A stretch of DNA of 63,269 bases, filler included, from Octopus bimaculoides (lineage: Eukaryota), in the NCBI RefSeq assembly GCF_001194135.2. It is 5 parts of 5 records of this genome, joined end to end, with 100 filler letters (N's around TTAATTAATTAA, not from the genome) between each part and the next. Parts side by side here need not be neighbours in the genome. Positions count along the whole stretch, not along the records: positions 60,948 to 63,269 come from NC_068995.1; 4 more parts are not named here. One strand, written 5' to 3'. Positions within the stretch are counted from its first letter, which is position 1. Each line of letters starts with the position of its first letter. A program made the position numbers and the translations under genes. The notes under the pieces are model-generated. The model searched no databases and had not been told where the DNA came from. It saw only the letters and a program-made list of their open reading frames with translations. Positions 60,948-63,269 of this stretch are shown piece by piece.

Positions 60948-62925
60948 ACCTGAACTAAAATACCCTCTTATCTTTACGCCTGGACCAGGCCAAGTTCACA
61001 ACCACTAGGGAGTTAATCAAACTATCAGAAAAACGTGCTAAATTTGGATGCCAAATAAACTTTCTTAAACACTGCCTAAAAAACAACATAATTCCCAACA
61101 CCATCAGGAACATACATCTACCCACGTGTTTCCGCAGTCTTACCCTTCGACAATTACTGAAATACATACGTACGTTCGTCATCAGAAAAATCATACACTA
61201 TCTACACCATCAACTCCATGAGCACTTACGCAAATTCTCTGAAATAATATCCAGCATCACATCAACCCCAGAACCTACACACTGAAGAACAACCATATCA
61301 CCAATGCGTGGAACAAGAGAAGAAACACCTCAAACTTAAATTCCTGTGGCTTTGTACCAAACGCCATCACAACAACTCAGCCTATTACACAAACACAGAT
61401 GAATGAGACACTTCCACCAATCAAGATAACCCTAACATCGGGGATACCAGCACACAATCAACAACGAAACCCCAAGTAACAGACTTGAGTGGGTCACTTT
61501 CCCATGAAGAACTAGAATTCCTCAGTCTGGGCCTTATCTTGACCCAACATCCGAACAAGAAAATCTTACTTGACCTGGAAGCCAAATTTTGCCCAATTCA
61601 AATGCTATCAGTAATAATGAACAACAACAACAACACACTCGGCAAATTTCCCAAGTACCAGCTAGACAACCCACTCCACCCACCCCAATCCATCCGAGAA
61701 CTCAACCACAAACTATCCAGACTGAAACAGTCTATCTCCAACATCTTAAGGAAGTAATCAAAAATAATACCAAACTTAACCAATGCACAACATGAAACAT
61801 TGACAAAACTAAAAAATAAAATCCTTATCTACTTACCATTAGATGAAGGGAAAGAAACCTGCATTTCTTGTTAAATTTATGTGGCACTACAACATTTAAG
61901 CAATGACAGATTATATTCTGAAGTGATAGATACAACCGAGACCAGGATTGAACACCGCCTGGACTAACATTTGTAGACAGAAACAACTACATACAAGAAC
62001 AACTTCACAAAAAACAGTAGATTACCCAGATTCTACCACCTCATTAAAACACACAAAGATAGTGACACAAGCCGGATTAGACCCATCGTCTCCAGCTTGG
62101 AAGGACCTCTATATAAAATATCCTGGTTCCTTACCCACATCCTGAAATCTGTACTCTCCACCATACCTGGACATGTCAAGAACTCCGACAAAGTTATCAA
62201 AAGACTGCACCAACTGCCCCCAAACCAACTCAGACGAAACAGATATGCTTTCATCTTGATGTTGTCTCAATGGCGGTCAACTTATTGACTGATTGCGTCC
62301 GACATCCACTGCTAATATAGATCAACCATTGTCCATCATTGTGGACAATACCTACTTCTCTTTCCATGATCACACATACAAGCAGACAACAGGTCTCCCC
62401 ATGGGATCCAGTCTCTTGGGCCTACTGGCCATCACCTATATGAACCATCTAGAACATCAAGCACTCGACATCTGCTACACGTGTACCTTTTTCACCAGGT
62501 ACATAGATGACATCCTCATACTTACATCCTCCTGTGAAGACGCCAACAGAATATTTAAGACGTTCAACAACATGGACAGGAATATACGGTTTACTATAGA
62601 ACATCCCAACAACACTGGATCTCTATCGCTGCTCGACTTCCAACTAAAAATAATGGAAGAAGGAGAGATCGACACCAAGTTCTACAGGAAAGTAACCAGT
62701 TCGCTCCCTACAATTCAGTCCTTCCACTCAGTGCCAAAATAGGATACACCAGAAATGAACTTACATACATCAAGAGGAAGTGCAGCAGGACAGAGGACAA
62801 GGTAACCCACACTACATGCTTCATAGAGGTATTGAAAACTAACAGGTGTTCTATATCCATTGTAAATCAGCTTAAGTACCTAAGCAATGCACAATGCCTC
62901 CAGCGAACTACAAAACCCTCTCATA
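60948..62925 (+). pseudogene. Penelope-like retroelement ORF (N-terminal region plus reverse transcriptase), decayed, no GIY-YIG in window
   Basis: INFLKHCLKNNIIPNT; DLSGSLSHEELEFLSLG; LPLDEGK; GPLYKISWFLTHIL; NTYFSFHDHTYKQTTGLPMGSSLLGLLA; FTRYIDDILIL; NIRFTIEH; LSLLDFQL; TKFYRK. Several frameshifts and stops. Confidence 0.92.
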
Positions 62926-63011
62926 TGGGTGTGTGTGTGTATACATACACACATGCATATATACATGTATGTATGTATATGTGCGTGTGTGTGTATTTAC
63001 ATATACATATG

Positions 63012-63036
<25 letters not shown>

Positions 63037-63052
<16 letters not shown>

Positions 63053-63269
63053 GAGAATGTGTGTGTCTGTCTGTCTGTCTGTGTGAATCCCTAAAACTCG
63101 AGAACTACGCAACCAATTTCATTCAAATTTTACACATGCCTTACTTAGGGTTCCAGTTGTGTTTTAGTCAAAAAAAATTATTAACTTCTTGCAGAGTTCG
63201 AGCACACGGCAACATAATATCTCCTCCACTATTTAAGTATTACGTGTCAAAAGTGAAACAAAAACACTC
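63037..63269 (+). mobile_element. probable non-autonomous Helitron-related element (Lep1/HINE-like), 5' part
   Basis: tatataaaaatgagaatgt, (GT)/(GTCT)n, then aactcgagaactacgcaaccaatttcattcaaattttacac. This layout is typical of such elements, recalled from memory. Runs off the window. Confidence 0.55.

Overview
AT-rich eukaryotic genomic DNA, full of microsatellites and N-gaps. The repeat families (tRNA-headed SINEs resembling the OR/OK-type SINEs described from Octopus) point to a coleoid cephalopod, probably an octopus. This is an inference from remembered consensus sequences; no search was run. The window is five assembly pieces joined by identical artificial 100-nt spacers (44 N + TTAATTAATTAA + 44 N), so adjacency across the spacers is unproven. 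No host protein-coding gene could be identified with confidence, and nearly all ORFs in the track are microsatellite or gap artefacts. Recognisable coding remnants are all transposon-derived: three different Penelope-like retroelement (PLE) fragments, an R4/Dong-like non-LTR element at an (AAT)n run, CR1/L2-group LINE 3' ends, a Gypsy integrase core, a DD37D maT transposase, and a Helitron-like non-autonomous element. The main signal is a set of hammerhead ribozyme (HHR) motifs. One is a near-perfect type I HHR at 57196-57287 inside a 1.83-kb direct-repeat unit whose second copy runs into a gap. Two are minimal HHRs with palindromic helix III carried in the tail of a tRNA-headed SINE-like element (28.7 kb and 29.5 kb). 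Several degenerate HHR-like cores lie elsewhere. There is also a speculative compact gene for a 43-aa secreted peptide at 8.2-8.5 kb. Repeat boundaries are read by eye and approximate unless motifs are quoted.
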